The notes under the pieces: model-generated
What the model was told of the DNA's origin: nothing
The model's database searches: none
What the model saw: only the letters and a program-made list of their open reading frames with translations
Translations under genes and position numbers: made by a program
Source: Rhynchopus sp. YZ270_cl-10
Lineage: Eukaryota
Direction: 5' to 3'
DNA length: 64,000 bases
Assembly (NCBI GenBank): GCA_964035575.1
Contig: OZ037844.1
Coordinates: 186,001 to 250,000 of the forward strand
Shown: piece after piece, positions 1-13,028 of the stretch
Numbering within the stretch: position 1 is the stretch's first letter
Layout of the letters: each line of letters starts with the position of its first letter

Positions 1-3000
1 GACGATTGGATTGGATGGATGCGTCCATAAATCGTAACCTCAAACCTAACGGGTTTGAGGTACCTTTGAGTAACCCACTGTACGATACAGCTGGATGACA
101 GCATGGCCCTGCAGCTCAGAACAGAAGGCGTACAAAGGCCTAATGGGTTAATGTGAATGGAGGTGAGGGCGGTGCACAACCTGAGGCCACCTTCCGCTGA
201 AGAGAGAGACTGTGAGTCATCAACGGTTCTGCTCCCATTAGTTGCAATGCTTGCTTGGTGTTAACGTGCAAACGAAAAATTAATATATCCCCCCCTTTAT
301 TTGTGGACAGAGAGAGAAGAGAGCTCTTTCGACATCTTTTTTTCACCCTCGATTCTTTCTAGTCTCAGGTTTTCCCTTTTGCCGTTTTTCGAAAAAAACT
401 GTCTTTTTTTGTTGTCGTGCTTTTTTTTAGGATCTTTTTTTTTTGAGCAATACATAAGGGAGTTGAGCACACTGAAAGGGATGATCAAACGAGCCAGGGA
501 AATAGCTTGGGTACTTTTGCTGGTTTCAAAACCAGAACGAGCTGGTTTACTGGTTTGGGGAAAAATAAAAAAAAAAAGTCGGATTCGGGATTCAGTTTTT
601 CGTCGCCCCCCGCACCACTTTCCCACTCACAGAAGAAAGCCTCACACGTAAGCGAACCCCTAAAAAGGGTTCATTAAGTGACTCTGTGGTGTAAAAAGCT
701 GCATGTTTTGCACTATACCCTAATTTTTTTTCGCCTGCGGCGCCACATATTATTTTTTTGCTCCGCAAAAAAATAGAGTTTACAATGTCTTAGGGAACAC
801 TCTTGCATTTTGCAGCCACAAATGCAACTTGACCAAAGCTGCAAAAAGTTGACCGTTTTTTCAAAATGACCCACCGTTGCAACAGCCCCTGCTTCTGGAA
901 TACGTATTGACTTTGTACGGTTAGTGGAACGAAAGGTGCAAGACCAAGCTCCGTTAACACAGGATTATATTCTATTTTCTTTGTTGTCTCGCAAAATTTA
1001 CCCTTTGCCTCTCCACTCTGTGGTTGGCAGGGAGGCGCGCGCGAAGCGCGCGACGACCGCTTTCAACCGGGGAAAATTTTTTTCTAAACCAGCAAACCAG
1101 CAACATTTGAAAAGTGCACCTTTCAAGCTACTACCCTGAAACGAGCTGTCAGAAAAAAAAAAAAAAACAAAAAAAAAAAATAATGGAATGTCGAGGGTGG
1201 GCGTTGGGAAAAAAAAATCCCCCCCAGAGAATGAAGAGAAGTTTTTTTTGAGGGTAATAGTTTTGGGCTGTGCTGTGGTTTTTTTTGGTAAAAAAAATAT
1301 ACTTCAAAAATAAGACACAGTTCAGCAAATTACTACATTCTGAGGGGTACAGAAAAAATAGGTACCACCTACTCAACCTCAAAGCACACACCTGCCTCCT
1401 TCCCTGTATTTTTTTTTATAACCATTTCTACCGTCAACAGTTCCATTGCACAAAAAAAAAAGAAAAAAAAAAAACGGGAACGGAAAAAAAAAAAAAGATA
1501 AACAGAAACACAAAGCACTCAGACACTATAAACAGTGTTGTTAATAATTTTTTTTTTTTTTTTTGTTTTTGTTTTTTTTGAAAAAAAAAATGTTGGGAAA
1601 TAGTTTGTTACTGCTTTTCTGTGCAGGGTTTGTCGCGTCTATTCGCCATTATCCCAATATATATTTTTTTTGGTGGGCCACAAAGGCCACAGAAACCCAT
1701 GACACACTAACACACACAATGACGCTCAGGGAACAAAAACCCTGTTTTTTTTTTTCCTTCCAGTAAATTTACCTCACACATCACACATCACACGACAAAA
1801 AAAAATAATAAAAAAACCACGATTCACACCAAAGGAATGCAAAAAAACACATTTTTAAAAAATATATCGGAATAGTTTTGTTGCCTCTTGTGTTGGTCAC
1901 ATTTTGGGCAATCTCAACTTTCCACACATTTTCTTTTGGTTGAGGGTAGACAGGGGAGGCTAAATTTCTTGGTATTTTTTTTAGATTTCTGTACCCAAGA
2001 AATGAGTTCTTTTTTTTTTTTCTTCGGAGGGGTAAAACACCGTTGTAATGTATCCCACATAACCACCCTGCAAACCCCCATCCCATGATATCACATCGGA
2101 AAAAAACACATACACTCTACACGGGTTTTTTCATAACACAGACTATAGTCCAGTTAGACACATTTATTTTTTGACCTAATTTTTTCTCTCGTAACAATAA
2201 ACCATTTTTATTGCAAAAGATATGAAAAAATGAGCCAAAAAAATGTTGTAATAATAGTTTCAAAAATCTGTCACACAAGACAGTATTTTTTTTTTTTGAC
2301 ACAGCACAATGTGACACGGCATAACATCCGTAAAATAAAAAGGTTTTTTTTTTTAAACAAAGTATCCGCATGTACAAGGCTTTTGACGCTGGGCACAAAA
2401 AAAAAAAAAGAATCTCGAAGGAACGTAGAACATAAAAAAAAATAGTTCAAGAAGCACACAGATAGATCCACACATTCTCCATATAACGGTTCAGGGAGGA
2501 ACAGATGGAAAAAAAAATTCTTCGAATATTTCGGGGGGGGAAAAACGCTTGTCACAATTCACGGGGGGGGGGGGGGGGGAGAAGATGTATTGGGCTTTTG
2601 GAACAACTGCTTTTTTTGTTTTGTTTTGTTTTTTTTTTTTTTTGAAAATCTTTGTAAGAACACCCGATGGATGATCCCCACAATTTTGTTGGGGAGTTTT
2701 TTTTATTTTTTTTGTTTCCCTTGACTTCGGGTTAGCGGGTGGCAAGCAAAAATATTTTTGGGAAAAAATCACAAGGCAAAAAAATATGGAGGGGTAAAGG
2801 GGGGCTGTATATATTTGAGGGATAAAATGCAGGAACAAAAAAACACCCCGCACCGTTCTCCTCTTTTTTCCTCCCCTTCTGGTCGCTTTATGCCTGATTT
2901 TTTCCCCCTTCTTGTTCTTTTCTCAAAACAATGTGTTCGGTTGTACAGTACATCAACATGATGAACAATTCTTGAGCAAAACACCACAATTCTTTCTTCT

Positions 3001-5009
3001 TTTCCAGCCAATCACGGCCAAACAAAAAAAAAAAACATGGAGGTTTTACCGAGAAGGTAACACAGTGAGGGAGTAGGGGGGGCGGAGAGAAAATAACACA
3101 AAAAATGGTGCTCCGGGAGGGGTCGATATTGACAGGTCATTGACCGACTTCCGAAAACACCAAAAGAGTTTTTTTTCTCTCAAGATGGTATGCCTTCGTT
3201 GTGCATAATCGAATCGCTTTATTGTTGAAGTGACTCTCAATATATAAGAAAAGCTTTTTTTTTGTCCGGGGAAGAAACAAAAAAAAAAGTTTACAAGATG
3301 AACGCGATTCTGTCATCTTGCAATCATGACGAAAAGGAAACAAAAACTCCCCCTTAAATGGAATGTGCTGGTTTAACCGTACACAAACACGGTTTGAATT
3401 AGTATAATTTCTCCGTGGGGTCTGAAATCGTTAACTCAGAACAATACCTGTTTGATAAAACCACAAAAAAAAAAGGTTGTTTTTTTGAGGGAGTTTTTGA
3501 CCTTTTGAGTGTTTTTTCGAGCCCCAGAAGATGGACCATCGATTTAACCCCCTTTTTTTTTGAAAAATACAAAAAATAACACACAGAAAAATACACTGGC
3601 ACACGGTGGGCACAAAAAAAAGAAGTCATGGTGGGTGTGGAGAGAGAAGTTTTGAGGGGATTTTCGTGTATACGTTTCTTTTCTTTTTTACTTTTTTTTC
3701 GATAATCTGCTAATTCAGTGTACTGCCATAAAGGAAGACAGTCTTGTAACCCATCCAGAATTTCTTTTCTTTTTTCGAAGCAGTGGTGTGGGAATTATTG
3801 CAATAACCGCATATTTTTCTTTTTCTTCCCCTTCACTAAACCACCAGTAAGGGAGCGCAAAGCTCACCCCTGGAGGTTTAGTGAAAGGGGGAAAAAAAAA
3901 TTGCATAAAACAGTTTTTGCCGAGAAAAAGAGAGAAAAAAATGTACCCGGATATAAAAAGGAAAAGTTTTTTTGTAAGATAGGCTTTTGCTTAGTCACTT
4001 TGAAAATATATATAGAACACAATGCACACCAATCACAACCAAAAAGAAACGACACTACACCAATAAAACACACGGGTCACGCGAAAAAAAAAGGGGGTGT
4101 GGGGAGAGAGGGTGAGAAAGCATCATCTGTGGGAAGACGGACCTAACGGAAAAGGGGAGCAAAAAAAAACTACATCTTTCTTTTTCTTTTTCTAGAAAAA
4201 AGCTTGGTTGTGTCAGTCCAGGCTACCCACGTTAAAGGGCGTGCTCTGTCCTGTGCTTTTTTATTCACGTTTTATTATTTTATTTTTTGGATGAAAATGC
4301 CTCGTGCATATCTTCAAAAGGGTGGGAGAGAACAGACAAAAAAAAAATTTTGTACCTGAACCACCCACACACCACACCATATTTGCTTTTTGAAAGAAAA
4401 AAAAATTGATGCCAAAAAAAAAGTGTGAGGGATGTGACAAAGCATGTAGAAAAACAGGGGGCCAAAAAAGAGAGCCAAAAAACAAATGGTAAGACAAAAC
4501 TGACTAAGCGCAATCGCCGCTTGGTCACATCGAAAAAAAAAAAAATGTTGTTATGATAACACAGTACTACGTTCACATTGTAGAGAGAAAAATAGAAAGA
4601 ATTATTGCTCTACCGGAATAACACACAAAAATCTACCCTTATAAGGGTAAATACCTACGGAAGGTGTACCAAAAAGAAAAAAGAAAAAAAAATCACCTGA
4701 AATACAAGGCCCGCCAGGTGCACTAAGTGGACCCTCGCCACGTTGTCTTGCTATTTCGAGGTTGTCAATTATAATGTCAACATTTCAATCATGAAATAGA
4801 GATACAACGCAGCAGAGGCAAAATAAAGATTCGTAAAGAAGAAGAAAAAAAACTGGTTTTATTTTCTTTTTTTTTGCATCGTTTTGCTTTTTTTAAAAGG
4901 CTGTTTTCCATCAATCGGATTTTGACCAATTCGGGCATGACGTTTTTTGTTTTTCTTTTGCCTTTTTTTTTTTTGTATTTTGTTCTTCACGAGAGAGCAT
5001 AGGTCATAC

Positions 5010-8000
5010 TCAGTTCAGCTGCTGCTCATCCTTGTAAGGCATTCTGTGCACGGAGGGCTGGGGTGCGCCGGCAGGACTGTAAAAAAATGATTGAGTAGTG
5101 GTGTGATTCCAAAAATAAGTGCATCTAGTGCAATCACTAAGATGCACATGACTTCTATTGTAACACATACGCCGGGACAGCTCCTTGAGGGGCACGACGG
5201 GTTCCACCCATTTGCTGCGCCTTGTCGTTGTTCTTGAGCTGGACCTGTGTGTGTTGGGGTTAAAGAGAATGTTGAAAAAGACACTGTAGTTGATGCAGGC
5301 ACCTCCCGACTGACCCACTGTACGATGCCAGCCATCCGTATGAAAGCACAACCCTGCGGCCTACAACAGAAGATGTAAAAAGGAAACCTTATGACTTGCC
5401 CGTACCCGGGAACCAAAGAAACATTTAAATAAATAAATCTCTCTCACACCCATCTTTGGACTGAGAGAGCTGGACGGGAGCTCCTGCATTTAAAAAGACG
5501 ATCGTGCGTTAATACAGAAATTGTTCTTTGGTGCCTGAATCGATCTATATCATGAAATGTGTGTTTAAAAACAAAGCGTTACCTTCAACTTCTCGGTGTG
5601 TCCGGGGACCTGGTACCCACTCATGGCGTTGATGCTGCGCTGTGCCGACTCAGGGTCAGAGTACGAGACGAATCCGAAGCCCTTCGACTGTGCGGTGTAT
5701 CTGTCACGGAACACTGTCGCGCTGATGATCTCACCGAATGGCCCAAAGTGCTGTGATGAAGAAGTGTGTTACAAATGTTTAATCCCCACTACCCTTTGGG
5801 AGGAGTTAAGCTGTTTTTATTCAGTTTCAAAGTTTCAAAGTTTATAAGATCAGCGGAGTTGAAGGCGTCCGATGCTGTTGTGTATCACAAATACTCTCAA
5901 ATGAGGGCCTCAAGACAATGAACCTCCTCATTGTCTCAAAAATTTCAAAAAAAATAAATGCACACCTCACGAAGGATCTCATCTGTCCAGGTCAGGGGGA
6001 GGTGGAGGATGAAGCAGTTTGCGCCGGGGGGTCCCGATGCCTTTCTCTCGGGGCTGGGGGGCATGGGTCCGCCGCGTCCTCCCTTGCCGCCCTGGCCCTG
6101 CATGCCCATCATGCCCATGCCGTTCATGTTGTTGCCGTTGCCTCCGTTGTTCATCATCTGTCCAGGGGGCCCAGCGGGGAAGCCAGTCCCGGCACCCATC
6201 ATGTTGAGACGGCCAAGCGACTGCTTCAGCTTCTGGCGCTTCTTCTTCTCCTTCTCGCTGTCTGCGAACTTCACCGTCAGTGCAGATGTGCCTGGAGGGA
6301 GTGTGGTTTTAGAAGTTAGTGTAAAAACAGTCCGGTGGGGTTCTCCCCTTGGAGTTGCAGGAAAGAGAACTAGAAAACGCGGTTCGGTAGAGCTCATGCA
6401 AAGGGTAGGTGAGTGGAAAGAAAGAAAACCTAAAAGATGAATATGCCTCTCGTGCATATAGACGGAAGAAAGTGAAGTTATTAATGCAGGCACCTCCGAC
6501 TGACCCACGTACGATGACAGCCATCCGGATGAAAGCACAAGAAGAAAAGATCCCCAGTCGCGCTCAGTCACGCTTTCTGTCAGCTAACCATACCACCCTC
6601 CATCTTGAAGTTGCCGTGCAGGTTTGTCACTGCTGCCTCTGCCGCGTTCATGTCAGCGTACTTCACAAAGGCGCACCCACGGCTGGCACCTGCAGGGGTC
6701 TTCAGAAGCGCCACCTCCATGATCTCGCCGTAGTGTTCAAACACCTGTTATGGAGAAAACCGTTCAATGAGATCTGCATATCCCAATGGCAAAGCACACA
6801 TACCTGGTGGATGTCCGACTCCGTTGCCTTGTACGGCACCATGCCGACAAAGAGCTTGGGCTCCTGGTCCTCCATCTCGCCGTCCGCAAGGCTCACCTGG
6901 TTGAAAGGAAAGTTGAAAATACTACGGACCTCATTGGAGGTGGACCGAGGTGGACCGAGGTGGTTTTTTTGTGTTTTGAATGAATTGGTATTATTTTTTT
7001 TTTTTGGTAAATAAGTGGTCTTCTGCTAGGCGTTGCATAGCCGTTGCTTAAGTGTTGCATAAGTGTTGCATGGCCTATAAAACCCTCCCAAGTGCCCAAA
7101 ATTCTATTTTTCACCCTACATGGGGTCTGGGGGACATTTTCCTGGGTATTTGGACACCATTCCGACTACCTTGGCACTTTTTTGGGGGTTTTCAGGTACA
7201 AAAAAAGTCAAAAAAGTGACTAAAAAAAGGGTACTTTTAAGCGTTTGGGGCACACACCCACTGCAAAATGCATCTGGGACCCCCACAGGACCCCTAAAAG
7301 CTGTAAAAACTATATATTTCCACCCTGGGACCCCACCGGATGTGTGGACTGGGGTGTTTTTCGGGTGTTTAGAAGGATTTTTGTCTGATTGGAGAATTTT
7401 TTTGGTAAGTGTTGCATTTTGGCCCATGTTGATGACGATTTGATGACGCTATTTTTGGAGATTTTTCACAAAAAACCGATTTTTTTTAACCAGGAAAGTC
7501 TCTGCAGAGGTTGTAAGGTGGTTTAATGGGATATTTTCGTGATCCCCAGGGCGATTTGCGGCCAGGTACGACCTTTTTAGTGGGTTTCTTCACCTAAATT
7601 TCAAAAAAATCCCCCCCACGCAGTCAGGCCAGGGAGCCACGTAACAAGGCTCGACTGCCACATAGTGGGGGGAGATCTGTGCAGCCTGTATGTTCCCCCC
7701 GATTTTCGTGGTAAATGGGGAGGCGCTTCCGTTTAACGGCAACCCACAAGAGTAGAACAACAACCAAACTTTTGAGAAACAGACGCCAATGAGACCTAGA
7801 GTCTCTCTTCTTACTTGTGTGCTACAGACAAACATGACAACGCTAACCACGACTGCCACGGCAGAGCGGGGTCCCTAACGGTTCACTGGGGGGGATCCAC
7901 ATAGATAAAGAAAACAAAAAATACGAAAGCAAGGAAGAAAACCAGTAAAAAAAAAAAAAAAAAACTATTTATTCACCTCCTTTTAGCGGGGTTTTATTTT

Positions 8001-9773
8001 GCGATAACTTCACGCATTTTTTTCCCAGGCGAGGGCTACTTAATTTGCCGAGCGAAGCGAGGCAAATTGAGTGCACGAGCCTGGGAAAAAAATAAGTGAA
8101 GTATCGCAAAATAATCCGCTAAAAGGAGGTGAATACGTAATTTTATTTCACGGGAAATAAAGTATACGAAAGGATTTGGCACTTTTAGCGTGACTTATTT
8201 ATTGTGCAATAACTAACGAGTATGTGTCCTCACAGGAAGCTCTCAGGGAAAAAAAAAAAAAAGAGCGTGAAAAAAAAAAAAAAAAGCTCTCATTACCCTC
8301 CCGCCAGCGCTACCGGGTCCCGCGGACCACCCACACCCCACAATAGCCCTGGCTCCTGATGAGCGCGGCCACAGGGTTGAATCCTGGTCAAGGAGCAGAA
8401 CTCCGAAACCAGAAATTAACGTTTTTACCCCTCCCCTCCTTTCTCGTTTTAGTCCCGACTACCCGATGTTTTACATCATTTTCTTTTACTTTTAATCCTA
8501 CCTTTTAGCGAAAAACACTCCCACCATTAGGGGGGTCCACGTAGAAGGAATTCCTTAAGGATTTGCTGTCCCAAACCCATTTTTTTTTTTTTTATTCCCC
8601 TGGGAAATAAAGTATACGAAGGATTTGGCACTTTTAGCGGGATTTTATTTAATGATAATTTCACGCTAAATTTTGGTACATGTAGGTAGTAGGGCTGGAG
8701 GGACCGTCCAGCCTTTTTTAGCCTCCCTCCAGCCTCCTCAATCGGGTGTCAATAGCTATCTTCCCCCACACAGGAAAACGGGAAACTTAGTTGTACGCTT
8801 CCACAAGAGCCCAATACGTTTGACCTATATAAAAAGGGGTAAGGACAGTCTGGTGCCCCCAAGTGTGACTTCTGGACAATTCAGACCCACAAGGTTTACG
8901 ATAAAGACAGTTCAGAACCACAAGGTCTGAACTGTCCAAAATGCAAACCTTGTGGTTCTGAACTGTCTTTATCATAAACCTTGTGGGTCTGAATTGTCCA
9001 AAAGTCACACTTGGGGTACCAGACTGTCCTTACCCCATATAAAAATGCTCAAAGACGTTCCGACATACCTGCATGGGGTTGGGCATCGGGGCGAGGCACT
9101 TCTTCTGATGGAGCTCCTCAACTGCGTAGGCAGCTTCGTCTTTGTTGGCGTAGACAACGAACGCGCATCCTTTGCCCACTCCTGTGAGCTTGTCCTGCAG
9201 GATGACGATCTCCTCGAGCACACCGTAGTTGGACATAAGGTCCTCAAGCTGCTGCTGCGTGTAGGTACGTGGGATTTGCCCGATGAAGAGCTTGCGCCCG
9301 CCGCGCGACGGGTGTGTGTGCCCGCCGAACTTGTTGAGGTATGTGAGCTGCTTGAGGAGGTTCTGCTGCTGCCCGTAGAGCGGGTTGCTGGTGTTCTGCA
9401 CCATCTTGTTGTTCTGGAGCTGCGGCGGGGAGTTGGCGAGCTTGATCTGCAGGGGGTTGGTCTGCGGGGGGATGATGTGCTGGTTGTGGAGCAGGTTGAT
9501 CGCGGTGTCAGCAGACGCACGCTCAGCGTATGTCACCCAGGCGCTTCCCTTGCTTCTGTTGGTGGTCTTGTCACGCATGATGCTAACCTCCAGCACACTC
9601 CCGAACTCCTGGAACAGAGGCTGAAGCATCTCCTCCGTGCACACTCCGGGCACCTGCCCCACGAACAGCTTCACCGGGCCGCGGGTGTGCTGTTGTGTCT
9701 CCTTAACTTCGTGCTGCTGGTTCTGTGCGGCCGCCTGGGCCGCCATATAGTTCGGGTTCAAAAAGGGCATCAT
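5010..9773 (-). CDS. CELF/Bruno-like RNA-binding protein with 4 RRMs; 7 exons: 9069-9773, 6804-6896, 6594-6744, 5966-6291, 5583-5750, 5171-5244, 5010-5076 (527 aa)
   Basis: RNP2/RNP1 pairs KLFVGQVP/SKGSAWVTY, KLFIGQIP/GKGCAFVVY, KLFVGMVP/SRGCAFVKY and ANCFILHLP/SKGFGFVSY, plus the CELF-like segments VKFADSEKE and GPPGAN. Six GT-AG introns (6897-9068, 6745-6803, 6292-6593, 5751-5965, 5245-5582, 5077-5170) join in frame by manual splicing (1584 nt including stop). Confidence 0.9.
5294..5405 (+). repeat. Dispersed repeat family 'tgcaggcacctccgac' (other copies ~73-139, 6485-6545, 10964-11100, 13213-13295)
   Basis: Shared core tgcaggcacc..gac(c)cac(t)gtacgatg..agccatccg.atgaaagcacaa..caacagaag; every copy has the same orientation. 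Confidence 0.8.
7971..8670 (-). mobile_element. Non-autonomous element with a Crypton-type terminal palindrome, in CELF intron 1
   Basis: Imperfect palindrome 7971-8134 centred on cgagcgaagcgag; internal direct repeat gggaaataaagtatacgaa(a)ggatttggcacttttagcg at ~8152 and ~8602. Boundaries approximate. Confidence 0.6.
8836..9036. mobile_element. Foldback MITE with 9-bp TSD (MuDR-like), in CELF intron 1
   Basis: Almost wholly palindromic (GGGGTAAGGACAGTCTGGT...ACCAGACTGTCCTTACCCC); flanked by ATATAAAAA at 8827-8835 and 9037-9045. Confidence 0.9.
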
Positions 9774-11744
9774 TTTGAAAAGAGGGGAAAAAACGACCGA
9801 AAACGAGGTCAAGAAAAAAGGGAAATGAAAGAGGAAAAGGTCAAAGAGAAAAGAGAAAAGAGAAAAGAGAAAAAAAAGGGAAAAAAGAAACAGGGGAAAG
9901 TGGGCGAATCTGTGGCGGGAGTGAAGTGTGGTGGTCTCATACAGACCAATGGCATAATGTATCTAAAATGTAATTTGTTGCGTGTTTTTTCACACTACTT
10001 TGTGACGACTCAACCGTGCTCCGCAACACCCCCCTACAGCTGTCATTGTCCACTGTTCGGGGAGGAGGAAATGGAGATTTGCTCCCAGCCAGCAACGCCA
10101 CGAACACCAGTGACTCCTTTGCCTTCTGCAGTTGAAAGAAGGCAAGCGTTTGAGAAGTACCCTCGAAAATATGTTGAGCCTTGCGCACGTGAAGGAGATG
10201 ACGGGCTGCTACCTGCATTTGACGAACTGGACAGAGCGGATCGACAGTTGCAACGGCAAGCACAACGGGGGCATGAATCGCATCGAATAGGAAGGATGAT
10301 CTCTTCCACACTGTCGCCTCAGACGTCGTGAGTCATGCAAACGCGACCTGCCTACGAAAGTGGCAGTGAAGAGGAAGAAGCTGTGCAAGACTCGTGCGAA
10401 GGTTGTTCCGGAGTGGGAAGGTACAGTGCACATTCCTCGCAGAAGATGTACCGAACCGTGAGATAGTGTGTGTGGAAGCGTCAACGCATCAAACAAGGGG
10501 GGGGCGAGGGAACAGCAAGTTACATTATTTTTTTACATCAGTAGAGGGAGAAAGGGGCAATTGTTTCACTCCTCCTCATCCCCCAAAAAAATGCTTCTCG
10601 AACCCTGATCCCTTTTAAAGGCTTTTTGTCTCCCCCCTTCCTGGCTATCACCTCCCGAAGAGATTTCTACCATCAATACCACCCTTGCTAGGATACTTAC
10701 AAGACTCTTTATTGTCTCTCTTTCTTCATAACCCCACGATTGAACTGGGGTCGTCTGAGTTTTATCTTTTTTATTGCAAAATTGGAAAAATGAAAAAAAA
10801 GAATCACAAAACAGCAAATATGCCACTCCACGCCCACCCTCTGACAGCTTACTATAGCCTCCCCGCCTCAAACCCTTTTATGGTTGATAGCAACGAAGCA
10901 ACAATCCATGTATCGCACAAAAAGGAAGATAAAATGAAGGGGTAAAAAAACTGTTTTTGTTGCTGCAGGCACCTCCGACCGACCCAACGTCGCCAGCCAG
11001 ATGCTGTACCCCTGGCCTACAACAGAAGATGTAAAAAGGAAACCTAATGACTTGCCCGTACCGTAAGAGAACGAGGGCGGTTCACAACCGCTCGACAGCC
11101 GGCGGTCTATCTGCCGCTGTAGAGCAAAAAAATAGAAAACGACTTCAGGATATGACAGTTAAATGAAATAAAGAAAACACTTTTTCGTTTATCGCACCGC
11201 AAAAGGATTGTGTTTTTCACTGATGAATGTGAGTGATGTTAGTGGAAAAACAATACGCTAAAGCGGGCACGCACCATCCGTCGTTTTCCATTTCTATTCG
11301 TCAATGCTTGATAACACAAAAAAAAAAAAAATGAACGTGAAATAGTGAAAGGAAGAGAAAATTTGCCTCACCGTACATCGGTAGGACGTAGGGGCACCGG
11401 GAACGTAACCAAATGTGAAAGGAACGTATAATGTCTCTGTTGGGTAATAAAATGAGTCTTAACAATAGTCACGCGAAAATTCGCCATGGTCAGAAAAAGA
11501 ACACAAAAAAATAGAATCTGACTTCAGGATAAAGCGAACAAAATAAATGAAAACAAAAAATCTTTTTCGTTTATCGCTCTACTAATTTGCTGTGCATTTT
11601 CCCTCACTACACTATTCCAACTAACGCGCCACAAAAAGCAAGGGAAATTTTTTACAGATTAAAACATCTTTTACAAAATCACACAAATCACCTCCTATGT
11701 CCCCTCACCCGCCCCACTCCTCCCCCCCTCCCCCTTCTCCCCCT

Positions 11745-13028
11745 TCAGTAAGGCATAATACGGTCTTCCTCAAACATTTCATTTTCGGATCCGAGCGAAC
11801 GGCGCCCTGCGGAGAGGAAGGAGTCCTCGTCGCTGTCGTGGTCGGCCTCCCATCCCCTGCCTTTGTAGCCATGAGGGTCACGCTGCTCTGCACGCACGCT
11901 GGGCACAGCACCCTGCTGGAGGGGGTGCCCTGGACTGCCCCGTACAGACCCCGCGAGCGAGTTGCCTGCAGCAGACATGGGGACCATATCGTTCATCATG
12001 CCTCCCTTCGCAAGCTCCCTCTCTAGGTCTTGCATTTGTTTGCTCCGGCTTGGGCTCTTTTGGTCTCCACCCCCTTTCTTGAAGTACCACAACGCGAGAA
12101 TCAGCGCAAGACACACACATATCAGCGCCAGCGCCACCCCCGCAATGATGATGATGAGGATCAGACCTGAGTCGCTCCCGCTTCCGTCGCTTCCTTCTTG
12201 GCTGGCTGCGAGGCCAGAAGGGGAGGTGGTTGTGGATGAATTCCCGGTTGGAGTCGTAGTGGAGGTGTCTGGGACGTCAGGGGGCGTTGTGTCGGGTACG
12301 GTGGCTGGCGCAGTGGTGGTAGCGGCTGATGGGGGTTCGGTTGGCGGCGCTGTTGGTGCTGGGGTGGGTACTGTTGTTGGAACTACTGTTGGTGCAATGG
12401 TTGGAACTGCGGTGATCGGTGGAGAATTCGCGTCCGTACCACATGCGGTACCACTAAACCCAGGCATGCAGCCGCAGACACAGTCTGGAGGGGTGCCAGA
12501 AACATAGCCCCCAGTTCCGTCGTCGTTCACTTTGCAGGTTGTAACGTCGTTTCTTGTACAGATAACGTCGGTCGGAAGGGAACAACCTTGTTGCGCAGCC
12601 CCCAGGTCCGCCCCACTCCATTCAAATGTTCCCTTAACGTCAGATGGGTTGAAGATCTCGAGATACATCTTCCCGGTGCGTTTAGGGGTGACCGGGGCGT
12701 AGCAGGATTTCTCTAAGTCCTCGGCGCTGGTGACCATGCGGCATTCTGGGCACATTTTGTCTGTGGTCGGGTCAATCGCATCGGGTTGTACCCAACACTC
12801 ATCGTCCTCTCTGATGCCGCGAGCCGTCATGATGGAGCCTTCAAATCCGATCATTGTGTACGTCAACAACAACGGCACAGTGTCGCTAATGGAGAGAGAC
12901 AACGAAATACATTCCTTAGGCAGAACGTCATAATCGCCTGAGCCCTTTAGGACACGTGGCACGTGTCGGTAGGCAGAGGTGTAAGGGAGAAGGCAGCAGG
13001 TGGTAAGGAGGGCAAGGGTGTGATGCAT
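11745..13028 (-). CDS. Type I membrane glycoprotein: signal peptide, Cys-rich ectodomain with EGF-like motif, Thr/Pro mucin-like stalk, one TM helix, cytoplasmic tail
   Basis: 427-aa ORF; hydrophobic N-terminus; CVCGCMPGFSGTAC; PTVVPTTVPTPAPT stalk; LILIIIIAGVALALICVCLALILALWYF followed by KK. Confidence 0.85.
   Translation of the reverse strand: MHHTLALLTTCCLLPYTSAYRHVPRVLKGSGDYDVLPKECISLSLSISDTVPLLLTYTMIGFEGSIMTARGIREDDECWVQPDAIDPTTDKMCPECRMVTSAEDLEKSCYAPVTPKRTGKMYLEIFNPSDVKGTFEWSGADLGAAQQGCSLPTDVICTRNDVTTCKVNDDGTGGYVSGTPPDCVCGCMPGFSGTACGTDANSPPITAVPTIAPTVVPTTVPTPAPTAPPTEPPSAATTTAPATVPDTTPPDVPDTSTTTPTGNSSTTTSPSGLAASQEGSDGSGSDSGLILIIIIAGVALALICVCLALILALWYFKKGGGDQKSPSRSKQMQDLERELAKGGMMNDMVPMSAAGNSLAGSVRGSPGHPLQQGAVPSVRAEQRDPHGYKGRGWEADHDSDEDSFLSAGRRSLGSENEMFEEDRIMPY

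Noticed and set aside
8340..8415. Hammerhead-like words CTGATGA, CTGGTC, GAAACCAG
   Set aside because: The order CUGAUGA-GUC-GAAA is not a valid circular permutation, and the stems cannot be completed
5077..9068. Non-canonical introns in the CELF gene
   Set aside because: All six introns are canonical GT-AG
8952..10331. 459-aa plus-strand ORF
   Set aside because: Mostly the antisense shadow of CELF exon 1 plus MITE and purine-tract sequence; the 10071-10331 tail has no recognisable motif
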